Below are positions 1 through 8,670 of a stretch of DNA of 29,039 nucleotides, piece after piece. Below the pieces are notes generated by a model, which was given only the letters and a program-made list of their open reading frames with translations, was not told where the DNA came from and ran no database searches. Location: positions 1-29,039 of IMG/VR virus record IMGVR_UViG_3300044580_000453. The stretch is one strand, 5' to 3'. The translations under genes were made by a program, and so were the position numbers. Within the stretch, counting starts at the first letter, position 1; each line of letters opens with the position of its first letter. The stretch is from a virus (lineage: Duplodnaviria > Caudoviricetes).

Positions 1-244
1 TTACACCCGTGCGGGCCGACATCTTGTGCAGGCTGTCGCCGGCACTGACGAAATGCTTGACCGCCATACCGAGCGAAGCCAATACACCCGCTCCCATGGT
101 TGCCATGTGGGTGCCGATAGACCGCAGTCCCGCACCAAACGCCTGCAATCGTTGCTGTGCCTTCCGCAACCCGGCCGTGAGTTTGTCGCGCACGCCCAGC
201 TCGACGAACGCGCGTCCGGCTCGAATACCTTGTATATTCGCCAT
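1..244 (-). CDS. Tail tape measure protein, N-terminal part (runs off the window start)
   Basis: Not in the ORF track. ATG at 244 reads MANIQGIRAGRAFVELGVRDKLTAGLRKAQQRLQAFGAGLRSIG...GDSLHKMSARTGV with no stop before position 1. This is a typical tape measure N-terminus. Confidence 0.85.
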   Translation of the reverse strand, partial: MANIQGIRAGRAFVELGVRDKLTAGLRKAQQRLQAFGAGLRSIGTHMATMGAGVLASLGMAVKHFVSAGDSLHKMSARTGV

Positions 245-247
245 GGC

Positions 248-688
248 TCACCCTGATCTGATGCTGTTCCGCCATAAGGTCGGGAACTTCGGCAGTTCCT
301 TCTCCATCGCCGGGCCCATGTATGGGCGTTTTCGGATACGAGCTTTCACGCGAACACGCCTGCCGCGACGACGCTGTTCCATTTCGGTCGTGCCACCAAA
401 CTCAAGGGCGTGTGGGGCATCGCCCGGCTTGCTGATCCTCGCCGGCCCGACCACCACCGAATCGGTGCTGCGGTCGTAGCCGAACAGGATGAACCGTCGC
501 AGCAGGCCGGTGTGCGAGTACGGCGGATTGCCCGGCGGTGAGACGCCCTTGCGCTTGCGGATGCTTGTGCGAGCCGTCTGCCGAATAAATGCCCCGGCCT
601 TTGAAAGCACCTCGCGTTTGGCCTTGTCCGCCGCTCGCTCCACCTTTTGCCGATCAAAGAACAGGTCCTTGATCCGTAGGTCGATCAT
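248..688 (-). CDS. Putative neck/tail-completion protein (HK97 gp10-like / virion morphogenesis)
   Basis: Basic 146-aa protein with SPPGNPPYSHTGLLRR, ALEFGG and RPYMGPA motifs typical of gp10-like proteins. ATGA-coupled to the upstream gene. Confidence 0.65.
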   Translation of the reverse strand: MIDLRIKDLFFDRQKVERAADKAKREVLSKAGAFIRQTARTSIRKRKGVSPPGNPPYSHTGLLRRFILFGYDRSTDSVVVGPARISKPGDAPHALEFGGTTEMEQRRRGRRVRVKARIRKRPYMGPAMEKELPKFPTLWRNSIRSG

Positions 689-900
689 TCCGTCTTGTCG
701 TTCTTCTCGACCTTGCCGACCGCCAGGCGCATGGCCGCACCGGTCAGGCCGGCGATGGTGGTCCCGATGGCCACGTACTGCTGCTCGGTCAGCCAGTTGG
801 CCGTACCGTCAATCAAAACGTCCAAACTCCAGACCGCCCCCAGCAGGCTGAGAAGCAGACTGCCGATGAGCGTCTTCTTGCCGTCCAGCCACGTCAGCAT
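685..900 (-). CDS. Putative holin-like small membrane protein (71 aa)
   Basis: GGAGG RBS before ATG 900. WLDGKKT start, two hydrophobic segments and a charged C-terminal tail (KVEKNDKTE). Confidence 0.55.
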   Translation of the reverse strand: MLTWLDGKKTLIGSLLLSLLGAVWSLDVLIDGTANWLTEQQYVAIGTTIAGLTGAAMRLAVGKVEKNDKTE

Positions 901-1048
901 TGGGTTTCGCCTCCAACACAAATCCTGGCTCATCCTTGGCCGAATCCTTCAGGTAGTACTTGCCCCACAGATGCACATGCAATGTGCAGCCTGTGATCAG
1001 CAGGCTGCACACTGTCGGGAAAAGGAGACACCAACCAAACCGTTTCAT
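809..1048 (-). CDS. Small putative lipoprotein
   Basis: ATG 1048 overlaps the upstream TGA (ATGA). MKRFGWCLLFPTVCSLLITG-C gives a signal peptide plus lipobox. The 3' end overlaps the holin-like gene by about 90 nt. Confidence 0.45.
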   Translation of the reverse strand: MKRFGWCLLFPTVCSLLITGCTLHVHLWGKYYLKDSAKDEPGFVLEAKPNADVAGRQEDAHRQSASQPAGGGLEFGRFD

Positions 1049-1437
1049 TGATCCTCGTTGGCAGCCGGTTGCTGCGTTGCCCCCTTCAGATCCGGCCCCT
1101 GATCGCCCTGGGTAGCCGCCGCGACGTTGGCCGAGACGCCGATCGTCTCGATGGTGCCGTCCCACACGAAGCCCGTGCCCACGACGCCATAGCCACGGCT
1201 GCGATAGCCCGGATTGATCAGCGAGCCCTGGCCCTGCAACTGGCCGGTACGCTGGCCCAGCTCGGCGATTCCCTTCTCAACGGCCGGCGTGATGATCTTC
1301 TCCAAGATGTCGTTCTTGGCCCGTTCGATCGGCTCGGTATTCGGGGCACAGCCGCCGGCCGAAATAACGCCGAATAGCACGGCCAAGACCCAGATGACCG
1401 TCTCGATCAACGACAACAAACAGAATCCGCGTCTCAT
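1045..1437 (-). CDS. Putative lipoprotein
   Basis: AAGGAGG RBS before ATG 1437. Basic N-terminus and hydrophobic stretch ending SAGG-C (lipobox-like). Confidence 0.6.
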   Translation of the reverse strand: MRRGFCLLSLIETVIWVLAVLFGVISAGGCAPNTEPIERAKNDILEKIITPAVEKGIAELGQRTGQLQGQGSLINPGYRSRGYGVVGTGFVWDGTIETIGVSANVAAATQGDQGPDLKGATQQPAANEDQ

Positions 1438-1441
1438 GGGA

Positions 1442-1870
1442 TCAACCTCCTTGTTTTGGAATTCGTCCATCTATGAACACGTCCTTCAGCACTTGCACGC
1501 CGACACGTATCGGCGTAATCGTCTTGGCAAACGGGTCGAAGTCGCCGGGCCGAAACGCACGCGTCTTCTTCGGATCGCGATGGCAGTTAGCCAGCAAGGC
1601 CATCAATGCGCTGGTCCGCTGCCAGGCATCCTGCATCCGGGCCTCGGCCATGGCGATCAGTTCGCGGAGGGTGAAGGGCCCGGGGTCGACCCCGCAGATG
1701 CCTGCGCAGCGCCAGATGAGTCGCTCGCAGTCGCCAGCGCTTGCTTCACCATCCGATCCAGCTCTCCGCTGTTGAGTCTCGCCTCGGCCAGGTCGCGGAC
1801 TCGATCCATCGCCGTCCACGTCGCATCGAGCACCCGCTTGAGGATGGCCCGATCCCTCGGGCTCCATGAA
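1442..1870 (-). CDS. Tail assembly chaperone C-terminal extension (gpT-like), probably reached by -1 frameshift
   Basis: The -1 frame relative to 1657..2160 is open from the slippery site to stop 1442. It contains the plausible coding segment GVDPGPFTLRELIAMAEAR...ANCHRDPKKTRAFRPGDFDPF. Confidence 0.65.
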   Translation of the reverse strand, partial: FMEPEGSGHPQAGARCDVDGDGSSPRPGRGETQQRRAGSDGEASAGDCERLIWRCAGICGVDPGPFTLRELIAMAEARMQDAWQRTSALMALLANCHRDPKKTRAFRPGDFDPFAKTITPIRVGVQVLKDVFIDGRIPKQGG

Positions 1871-2160
1871 AAATTTACGATCTCCTCCAACAACGCCAGG
1901 GTCGCGTGCTCGATGGCATCACCGGCCATCGCCCGCCCGAAGTCTTCATCGCTCACGTTGCGGGCGTCCGCCTCCGGCTTGCAAACGGCATACACCACAT
2001 CGCACAACAGTACCGGGTCACGAATGAGCTGGTCGATGAGTTTGCCCTCAAGCACTTCCAGCAGATTGACCCCCACCAGGCCGCGCACTCGTTTGATCGC
2101 GTCCACGTTGACAGTCACCGTCCAAGTCCGCCCGGCGTTGTCGGCGAAGGTCTTCATCAC
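1657..2160 (-). CDS. Tail assembly chaperone (gpG-like)
   Basis: Lies directly after the major tail protein (ATGA-coupled). Helical, acidic 167-aa protein carrying an in-phase slippery heptamer. Confidence 0.7.
   Translation of the reverse strand: MMKTFADNAGRTWTVTVNVDAIKRVRGLVGVNLLEVLEGKLIDQLIRDPVLLCDVVYAVCKPEADARNVSDEDFGRAMAGDAIEHATLALLEEIVNFSWSPRDRAILKRVLDATWTAMDRVRDLAEARLNSGELDRMVKQALATASDSSGAAQASAGSTPGPSPSAN
1870..1876 (-). promoter_or_regulatory. Candidate -1 programmed ribosomal frameshift heptamer A AAT TTT
   Basis: Minus strand GTA AAT TTT TCA fits the X XXY YYZ pattern in the chaperone reading phase, and the -1 frame is open downstream. Confidence 0.65.
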
Positions 2161-2588
2161 GTGCCCCCGATCCAGGTGGGCGCCGTGGCCGAATAGGTCA
2201 CCTTGGCAGTGACCGACACGGTGATCGCCTCCTCCAGGGGCTCGCTGCGGCTGAAGGCGGTGATCATGAAGTCGGCCTGCAGGCCCTGTCCTGAAGCACC
2301 ATCGAGGATCTGCAGCCCGATGATGTCGTTGTTCAAATAGGCGTTCTTAATGGCCGTGAAGCCGGCGTCAGCGGTGTCCCAGACCATCTCAAACTCGACG
2401 CTGGCTTCCTTGAGCGTGGCGGCCGTCGCACGCCAGCCGTTATTAGCCCGAGTGGTGACGTCCGCCTCCCCGGCTTCCAGAGACAAGGTCACATCCCGCA
2501 CATTATCCATGGCGGTCCAGTCTCCGGTGCCACCCTGGCCGCCGACCTTGTACTGCAACTTCGCTTCCATGCCTAACTTGACTGCCAT
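2157..2588 (-). CDS. Major tail tube protein
   Basis: 143 aa with EADVTTRANNGW, SVEFEM and FSRSEPLEEAITVSVT, a tail-tube-like beta pattern. AGGAG RBS. Position precedes the chaperone. Confidence 0.8.
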   Translation of the reverse strand: MAVKLGMEAKLQYKVGGQGGTGDWTAMDNVRDVTLSLEAGEADVTTRANNGWRATAATLKEASVEFEMVWDTADAGFTAIKNAYLNNDIIGLQILDGASGQGLQADFMITAFSRSEPLEEAITVSVTAKVTYSATAPTWIGGT

Positions 2589-2600
2589 GTCATCTCTCCT

Positions 2601-2936
2601 TTATGGTTCTGACCCACTGATTGTTCCACTTTGCGGTACCTGCAACTCCGCGCCCCCGACAAAAATCACGCCCGGTGGCAGCGTTTCGATCTTCCATCGT
2701 GTCAGCGGCGAACTGTTGTATTGAACGATCAGTCGGTTGTTGTTCTTTGAAGCATTTTGTGGAGTAAACCATTGTGTATCGCTCCCCGCATCAAAGCCTG
2801 TCGGATTGCCCATGTAATAGGCGATCACATGCGTAAAGGTCCATGTGGCCGTGCTGCCCTCAGCGACAACCGAAATAACACGCACCATTTCCTTTTGAAT
2901 CAGTCCGCCGATCGCTTTTCCCAAAAGCGGCATCAT
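2601..2936 (-). CDS. Hypothetical protein (accessory, possibly virion-associated)
   Basis: 111-aa ORF abutting the upstream gene within the tail operon, with lower GC than its neighbours. Confidence 0.55.
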   Translation of the reverse strand: MMPLLGKAIGGLIQKEMVRVISVVAEGSTATWTFTHVIAYYMGNPTGFDAGSDTQWFTPQNASKNNNRLIVQYNSSPLTRWKIETLPPGVIFVGGAELQVPQSGTISGSEP

Positions 2937-3269
2937 CTACCTCGCGATCAGCTCGTAACCACTGCAGCAGCCATAGCAGGTTCCCGTGTTAGTGGTGATC
3001 CGCAAGACTTCGTCTTTACCAAGAACAACCGGCTCAACGAAAACACGATCAATGCCCACGGGAAATCGCCCGTACAGAATCCGCTTACCCGCCTCGTTGG
3101 TGTTCCCCCTGAAAATCGTGACAATCGCAGGTTCTGAAAGGGTAATGCCCAACTCGGTCAAGACAATGTAAAATCCGTTGGCCGGCGTCCAAATCGCCGT
3201 GCCGGTCTGTGCTCCGGTCAGCAGAAAGTCCTTAAACGTTCGTGCCGCTGGTGGAAAAGACTGCATCAT
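2937..3269 (-). CDS. Hypothetical small beta-rich protein (accessory, possibly structural)
   Basis: ATG 3269 overlaps the stop of 3266..3700, with GGAGG upstream. Alternating beta-strand pattern. Confidence 0.6.
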   Translation of the reverse strand: MMQSFPPAARTFKDFLLTGAQTGTAIWTPANGFYIVLTELGITLSEPAIVTIFRGNTNEAGKRILYGRFPVGIDRVFVEPVVLGKDEVLRITTNTGTCYGCCSGYELIAR

Positions 3270-3700
3270 AACTGCCTCCACATCCGATAGGTCAGAGTCA
3301 CAACGCTGGTAAACACCTGATGCTGATCCATGTGCTCGACGGAATAGATGGGCGCATTTTCAATCCGAACCAACGCCGCATCGGGATAGTCATCCAGTCT
3401 ATGTCCTTGGAAACACTCGATGATCTCCTCCACAAGATCCATCAATGAATCAATCTCGGCCGGTTGCTCCTGGTCGACTTTCTTCTGGACCGCGATGTCG
3501 ATCCGGCAATCGTGCTGATTACGGTCCCGACCGGCTGAGGCGATGGTCACATCCCGCGGCACGACCGTGACATGCAACGCCTGCAATTGCGGCAGGTCCA
3601 TGACCGGTCGATAAGACCTCTGGGCGGTGAACTCCTGGCTAAACGTGCCGGCGTTCAGACCGGTCACAACCGCGTCGGCAATGTCGGTGATCGTGCTCAT
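3266..3700 (-). CDS. Tail terminator / head-tail joining protein (gpU-like)
   Basis: Acidic 144-aa protein with VTVVP, IDIAVQKK and FTSVVTLTY, in the canonical position before the tail tube gene. Confidence 0.65.
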   Translation of the reverse strand: MSTITDIADAVVTGLNAGTFSQEFTAQRSYRPVMDLPQLQALHVTVVPRDVTIASAGRDRNQHDCRIDIAVQKKVDQEQPAEIDSLMDLVEEIIECFQGHRLDDYPDAALVRIENAPIYSVEHMDQHQVFTSVVTLTYRMWRQL

Positions 3701-3924
3701 GGTGTCTTTCCGTTCTGCCGACCCTCGAGGTACGACACCCGACGCTCGATGGACTGGTACTCCGAGCGTAAGGTTCGAACCTCGACGATCAATTCATCCA
3801 GCCGCTTCTCGACCTGATCGAGTTTGGCCGTCACCACACCCCACTGAACGGTAAAGGCCAGCACCGCGATGGTGGCCGTGACAATCGCACCTAACCCACT
3901 CGTCCATCCGTTGCGAATGCTCAT
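3697..3924 (-). CDS. Small membrane protein with C-terminal coiled coil
   Basis: N-terminal hydrophobic helix followed by heptad-like LDQVEKRLDELIVEVRTL. ATGA overlaps at both ends. Confidence 0.65.
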   Translation of the reverse strand: MSIRNGWTSGLGAIVTATIAVLAFTVQWGVVTAKLDQVEKRLDELIVEVRTLRSEYQSIERRVSYLEGRQNGKTP

Positions 3925-4304
3925 GGACTCTCCGTCTTCACGTGCTTGGTATGAATCCGCAGCGTCTTGCGGTAAGGGTCGCTATACCGAAACTGCGGTT
4001 CCTGACCAAACATCATCACTTCGTAGATGAAGGTCTGATCGCCAACAGATTCACGAATTTGATCGCCTACTCTCGGCAGTATGTGATCGCCGGCCAACAC
4101 GAGGTCCATCGCCCGCACGAGGAAGTCCCGTGATTCAGTTTGGTGGACCACACCATACTCGTCGGCCTGCTCGAAAACGGTTCGACCAATCGTCGCAGCC
4201 AGTTCGACCGACTGGCTGCCACGCTGGTAAACCACCGTTCGCGTCAAGTGCGTGTGACGCTGGTCTTCCAGCCAAGCCGAGCCTTTTTCGAGCAGGTCCG
4301 ACAT
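3921..4304 (-). CDS. Head-tail adaptor/closure protein (gpFII-like)
   Basis: Follows the DUF2190-like gene. Contains RTVVYQRG, SRDFLV and RIHTK beta-rich motifs. Confidence 0.6.
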   Translation of the reverse strand: MSDLLEKGSAWLEDQRHTHLTRTVVYQRGSQSVELAATIGRTVFEQADEYGVVHQTESRDFLVRAMDLVLAGDHILPRVGDQIRESVGDQTFIYEVMMFGQEPQFRYSDPYRKTLRIHTKHVKTESP

Positions 4305-4323
4305 TGTTCCCCGCACTCACTCA

Positions 4324-4662
4324 TCAGATCCACAACAGCTTCACCCAGACGGTGGTGTTGGATATAGTCGCCGCCTTGACGCACCGCCCGATGTACTTCG
4401 TGCCGCTGGTGGACGTGGTTGCGATCTTATTCGTGCTGTCCCAGAACACCGCCGCACCAACACTGATGTCTGTTCCTTCGCCGGTGCCCTTAACAACCTC
4501 GAACACCCCCTCGGTCGCCAATGACCCCACTTTGCCGGCCGCAATATCTGTTTTGGCGATTGCCACCGTGTCACCTAATACGACCACATCGCCGGCTGAA
4601 ACGTTACTGCCCGGTGTATAGTCGATTACGTCACCGGCCTGTCTGTACACTGCATACACCAT
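4324..4662 (-). CDS. Capsid decoration/cement protein (DUF2190-like)
   Basis: 112 aa with IDYTP, AGDVVV, GSLATEGVF and GAAVFWD, directly after the major capsid gene. Confidence 0.8.
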   Translation of the reverse strand: MVYAVYRQAGDVIDYTPGSNVSAGDVVVLGDTVAIAKTDIAAGKVGSLATEGVFEVVKGTGEGTDISVGAAVFWDSTNKIATTSTSGTKYIGRCVKAATISNTTVWVKLLWI

Positions 4663-4693
4663 GTTTGTTTACTCCTGGCCCCCTGGGCCTGAA

Positions 4694-6784
4694 TTACGCC
4701 TCACCCTTCACCTTGACCGCCGCCCGGAAGTCCTGCATGGCCACGCCGAAGTCGAAGTACCCGCGCCACTGCACGCCCAATGTATTGAAGTCGGTTTCAC
4801 CGCTTTCGATGGTGGGTGTCCGCTTGCCTCGCAGATACGCGATCTCGATGGCCGCCACATCCGCCGGGTTAGCAAACAGATACCAGGCTTTCGAGCTGCC
4901 ACCGGTAAGGTTCAGAGCATTCAGGTACGGGCTGGCCACCGGCTTCCACTTGCCCGCGTGTGGGTTGTCCGCCGGGCTTGGCTTGCCCGTCGAAGTGGTC
5001 TCGTTCACCCGAGTTTCGGTCATCAACTGCTGAGCCGTGACCTTCAATGAAGTAGGCACCAGCAACACGGCCGGACTGATCAGGATCGGCCGGCCATCAA
5101 CATCCGTCTGATCCAGGAACATCTGCTCGGCCAGCGTCAGCGCCCCGATCGACAGGGCGGTGTCCGCTCCCGACAGATAGTTCTTGTTCGTGGTGCTGAA
5201 GAAGTTGCTCGGGTTCGAGAGGAGCAGCTCATAAACTGCCTCTTCCCGCTTCAATGCCGACATGCGACCGATGATCCGCGGAATCTGGAGAAACGCACCG
5301 AGATCGTCATTGATGATCATCTGACGCGTCAGAGCAATCATCCGACCGTAAGTCTCGACACGATTCTGGTAGGCTTCCTCGGTCAGTTGCGCATGCTTCA
5401 GTTCGCCATCCGGGCCGACCTTCTCAAAAATGCCGTTACCGGTCATGCGATAACGAGTCACTTCCTTAAAGTCGTTGACGTCCGTCTCGGCGCAGAAGAA
5501 CCCGACGGTACTCTCAACCGCCTGATACGCCGCCAGCATGGTCTTGTTGGCCACGTTGGACAGGATGCCGGTCAGCGAGATAGTCGAGAACCCGCCGGAC
5601 GCCTGAATGAGCCGCTGATCGGCAGCAAACGCGGCTTTGATGGTTTCGTTATCCACTCGGCCCGGGCGCACGTAATCGCCGGCGGCGTGAATGACCTCAT
5701 AAACCAGCGTGTGCAGACCCGCGCCGCGCAAGTCGCGAGACAGGGCTGCGTTCATCGTCCGCTCATCAAACCATCCACCGACCTTCTGCTCGGGAAGGCC
5801 TGCCGACAAGCACAGTGCGGCTTCGATTGCACGAGCGTTGACGCTTGGGTCATCGCGCCGGATGCCGGTCACCGCGGGTCGTTCGGCCCGCAAGACCTCC
5901 AGCTCAGTCTTCGTGACATCCCAGCCTTCGGCGATAGCCTTGGCCTCGATGTCGGCGTGCCGACCGGCGCAGATCCGCCGGATCTCGCCGATCCGCTGCG
6001 TCTCGGCGGCCGCCTCCGCGCGAATCTTGGCCACGGGATCATCCGAACGAACTTCTTCCACCGCCTCTTGTTTCACTTCGTCTTTCATGTTCAACTCCTT
6101 TGCCGACGCCGCAACGCTCACAACCGTGCTTCCATCGGCGCCCAGATCCACAAACGAAATCTCCCCCAATGTCGCTTTCCGCACCACATTCAGCGGACCG
6201 GTAAACTCGCGACCGTTTACCAGGACGGTTTGACCGGACCGCACAAACTCGAACTGATCGACCGTTGCCCCAATGGATGCCTGCCACGGGAAACCGTTGC
6301 GAGCCGACACCACAATCTCCTTCGCTGCGCTCGTATCGCGTGAAATGCCGCCTTCAGCCACCAGTCGGCCGTCGACCACGGCGATCCGATCCGTGTGTCC
6401 AACGCCGGCCGTGGCGTCGTGACCGAAGCGGATTGGTCGGGACTGCGAAGGGATGGTCAGGCCGGCCAGGTCCACGACAACCGGATAGCGCCAGCCGGCG
6501 ATGCGCATGGCCCCGCCGGTGTACGCGACCATCGAGAAGCGCGGGAGCTTGGGCTTGTCGTTTTGGCCGACGGCAACATCGGCCGCGGCCTCGATGGACA
6601 GTCCGCCTGGCTCGCTCAAGAACTGCATAGTCGCCCCGGCCTGCGCGCGGGCTTGCTGCTCGCACACCGCCCGACGTTGCGAGGCATCAGGAAACTCATC
6701 AACCATCGTCGGATCCGTCATGCAGCGGTCGATGAACTGCTCGCGAGTCTCGCCTTGATTCGGTTCAGGCATCGGCATCGTCAT
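4694..6784 (-). CDS. Fused prohead protease-scaffold-major capsid protein (Mu gpT-like capsid domain)
   Basis: Protease motifs (AYTGG, H in RFGHD, WQASIGA, EISFVDLGAD), a helical scaffold-like linker, then capsid motifs (DFKEV, TYGRMIALTRQMIINDDLGAF, YFDFGV). Confidence 0.88.
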   Translation of the reverse strand: MTMPMPEPNQGETREQFIDRCMTDPTMVDEFPDASQRRAVCEQQARAQAGATMQFLSEPGGLSIEAAADVAVGQNDKPKLPRFSMVAYTGGAMRIAGWRYPVVVDLAGLTIPSQSRPIRFGHDATAGVGHTDRIAVVDGRLVAEGGISRDTSAAKEIVVSARNGFPWQASIGATVDQFEFVRSGQTVLVNGREFTGPLNVVRKATLGEISFVDLGADGSTVVSVAASAKELNMKDEVKQEAVEEVRSDDPVAKIRAEAAAETQRIGEIRRICAGRHADIEAKAIAEGWDVTKTELEVLRAERPAVTGIRRDDPSVNARAIEAALCLSAGLPEQKVGGWFDERTMNAALSRDLRGAGLHTLVYEVIHAAGDYVRPGRVDNETIKAAFAADQRLIQASGGFSTISLTGILSNVANKTMLAAYQAVESTVGFFCAETDVNDFKEVTRYRMTGNGIFEKVGPDGELKHAQLTEEAYQNRVETYGRMIALTRQMIINDDLGAFLQIPRIIGRMSALKREEAVYELLLSNPSNFFSTTNKNYLSGADTALSIGALTLAEQMFLDQTDVDGRPILISPAVLLVPTSLKVTAQQLMTETRVNETTSTGKPSPADNPHAGKWKPVASPYLNALNLTGGSSKAWYLFANPADVAAIEIAYLRGKRTPTIESGETDFNTLGVQWRGYFDFGVAMQDFRAAVKVKGEA

Positions 6785-8213
6785 CCTCCTCGTCCACCGG
6801 CATCAGCACCGCCTCTTCCTGCATCAATCCCAGTTCCTGCATCAACGCCAGTTCCTTAGCCCGCTGGCGAAGCTCGACCTCCCAATCACGCCCCTGCTTG
6901 GCATATTCGGCCGCCAGCGTGGTCGTGTTAGATGCCAACCGGATCGCTTGGGCATTTGCTTCTTTCGCCGGATCGACATGCTCATGACCATCCCAGAACC
7001 ACTGATGCGGCAGGTTGATGTCCCGAAATCTCACGGCCTGCGGTAGCAGGCCCTCGACGAGCACGGCTTCATTGAGCCAGGCGACCAGGATGCGGTCCAG
7101 AACAGTCGCACCGAGGTGCTCCTGTTCGACGCGGATGCTCTTGAAGTAAGTCTGGTGGTCGAGGCGTCCCGAGGCGTAGTTGTAGCCCGAGGAATTGGCC
7201 GCCGCGACATTGTAGGGCATGTTCAGGCAGCGAGTGATCTCGTTGAGGATCTCTCGCTTGAACTCACCGTAGGTGGTGCTGGGCTGCTCAGCCTGGACCT
7301 GAGACATCTTCCAGCCGCCGGGCATGGTCAGCAACGAGCGAGCCTCCAGCTCGATGGCATCCATCGGCTCGACATTCTCGGCCTCCCCGTTGGGTGGGGC
7401 ATCAGTGTAGAGGATGCCGGCGAAGTCGGCAGCAGTCTCAGCCGCGCCGAGCACCGCCAGTGTGTAACGCCGCAGTTGTGCGAACAACGGCAGCGCGGGC
7501 GTGATATCGGGGATGCCTCGACTTTGGCCGGGACGATCAAGCCGGAAATAGTGAATGACCGCCTCGGCGGGCACGCGGTCATAATCGATGCCCAAACCTG
7601 CATGATCGCTGCCAGGATGCGTTTTCAGCACATGATATTCGATCGGATTGCCGAAGGAGTCGAAGACGATCCCGTCGACCGCGTGATTGTCCATGAGGGA
7701 CAGGTCCGGCGTGGTAACCTGATCGGCCTCGATCAATCGCAGATCGAGCTTTACGACGGAAGCCAGGCGGGAGTTGCTGGCCAGGATGGCGAAGGCCTCA
7801 CCGTCCGTCGCCCTCGCCATCCGCATAGTCCGAAGTTTTTCTGCCAGTCGAATCGTCTTCGCCCAGCGGCTGAATTCTCGCTCGATCTGCTGATTGATCT
7901 CGGTGTCATTGGTCAGCAACTGAAGCCGCGGGCCGGTGCCGATGACGTCGTTGGCCAGCGTGAGCACAATCCCCTTGGCGTAGCTGTTGTTGGCGACTTC
8001 GTAGCGAGCCCGGCTGCGAAGAATGCGCCGCACCTCGGCGCTGGCCGCCGCGTCAGCCGAGAGATGGTCAGCGTTGGCCCAGTGGCGGCGATTCTCCTCG
8101 TTGGTAACGGCGGCATCGTAGCGAGCGCGGATAAACCTGGCAGCGCGGATGATCGCATCCTGCTGTATCGATTCCCGCTTGCTCATCTTGCGTCGCAGCC
8201 AATCGAACATCAT
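6765..8213 (-). CDS. Portal protein, lambda family
   Basis: RARYDAA, LRSRARYEVANN, PGQSRGIP, YNYASGRLD and HVDPAKEA motifs. Confidence 0.92.
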   Translation of the reverse strand: MMFDWLRRKMSKRESIQQDAIIRAARFIRARYDAAVTNEENRRHWANADHLSADAAASAEVRRILRSRARYEVANNSYAKGIVLTLANDVIGTGPRLQLLTNDTEINQQIEREFSRWAKTIRLAEKLRTMRMARATDGEAFAILASNSRLASVVKLDLRLIEADQVTTPDLSLMDNHAVDGIVFDSFGNPIEYHVLKTHPGSDHAGLGIDYDRVPAEAVIHYFRLDRPGQSRGIPDITPALPLFAQLRRYTLAVLGAAETAADFAGILYTDAPPNGEAENVEPMDAIELEARSLLTMPGGWKMSQVQAEQPSTTYGEFKREILNEITRCLNMPYNVAAANSSGYNYASGRLDHQTYFKSIRVEQEHLGATVLDRILVAWLNEAVLVEGLLPQAVRFRDINLPHQWFWDGHEHVDPAKEANAQAIRLASNTTTLAAEYAKQGRDWEVELRQRAKELALMQELGLMQEEAVLMPVDEEDDDADA

Positions 8214-8410
8214 GCACTTCCAGGGGGGACCAACTTCGTGAACCGCACGCCCTTCGTGGGATTCTTCACAGCCTCCTTCGATGCCAGGTACCGATCCGCC
8301 TCAATCTGGTCGGCCAGGCTGTGCTGCTCGACACTGCCGGAATCACCCTGAGCGCGTTTCGGCCCGGCGGCGTTTTCTTTGATGGCGTTTTCGATCGTTG
8401 CGTCGGACAT
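8210..8410 (-). CDS. Head completion protein (gpW-like)
   Basis: 66 aa, MSDATIENAIKENAAGPKRAQGDSGSVEQHSL..., immediately before the portal with an ATGA overlap. Confidence 0.7.
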   Translation of the reverse strand: MSDATIENAIKENAAGPKRAQGDSGSVEQHSLADQIEADRYLASKEAVKNPTKGVRFTKLVPPGSA

Positions 8411-8607
8411 CAGTTGTGCCGCCACATTCGTTGCCGCCAGCGATTCTCTCGCCTGGCGTAGGTGTTCACCGCCCGAATCGGACTGCGGCCCTCCAGATAG
8501 GCCAACCAAGCCTCTTGCAGGGCATCCTCCCGGTCACGCACCATCACCAGGCGCAGTTCAAGCGCCAGCTTTCGATCATCCAGGACCGGCGGCAGAACAC
8601 CACTCAT
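8410..8607 (-). CDS. Small protein resembling an isolated sigma-70/ECF region 2
   Basis: 65 aa containing REDALQEAWLAYLE. The stop overlaps the gpW-like start (TGATG). Confidence 0.45.
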   Translation of the reverse strand: MSGVLPPVLDDRKLALELRLVMVRDREDALQEAWLAYLEGRSPIRAVNTYARRENRWRQRMWRHN

Positions 8608-8670
8608 CCACTATGTACCGACACGAGAAAGGGGTCTCGAAGCAAAAAAATCGTGGGATCATGCAAATTG

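Noticed and set aside
7116-8351. 411-aa plus-strand ORF
   Set aside because: Antisense shadow of the portal gene with no recognisable motifs.
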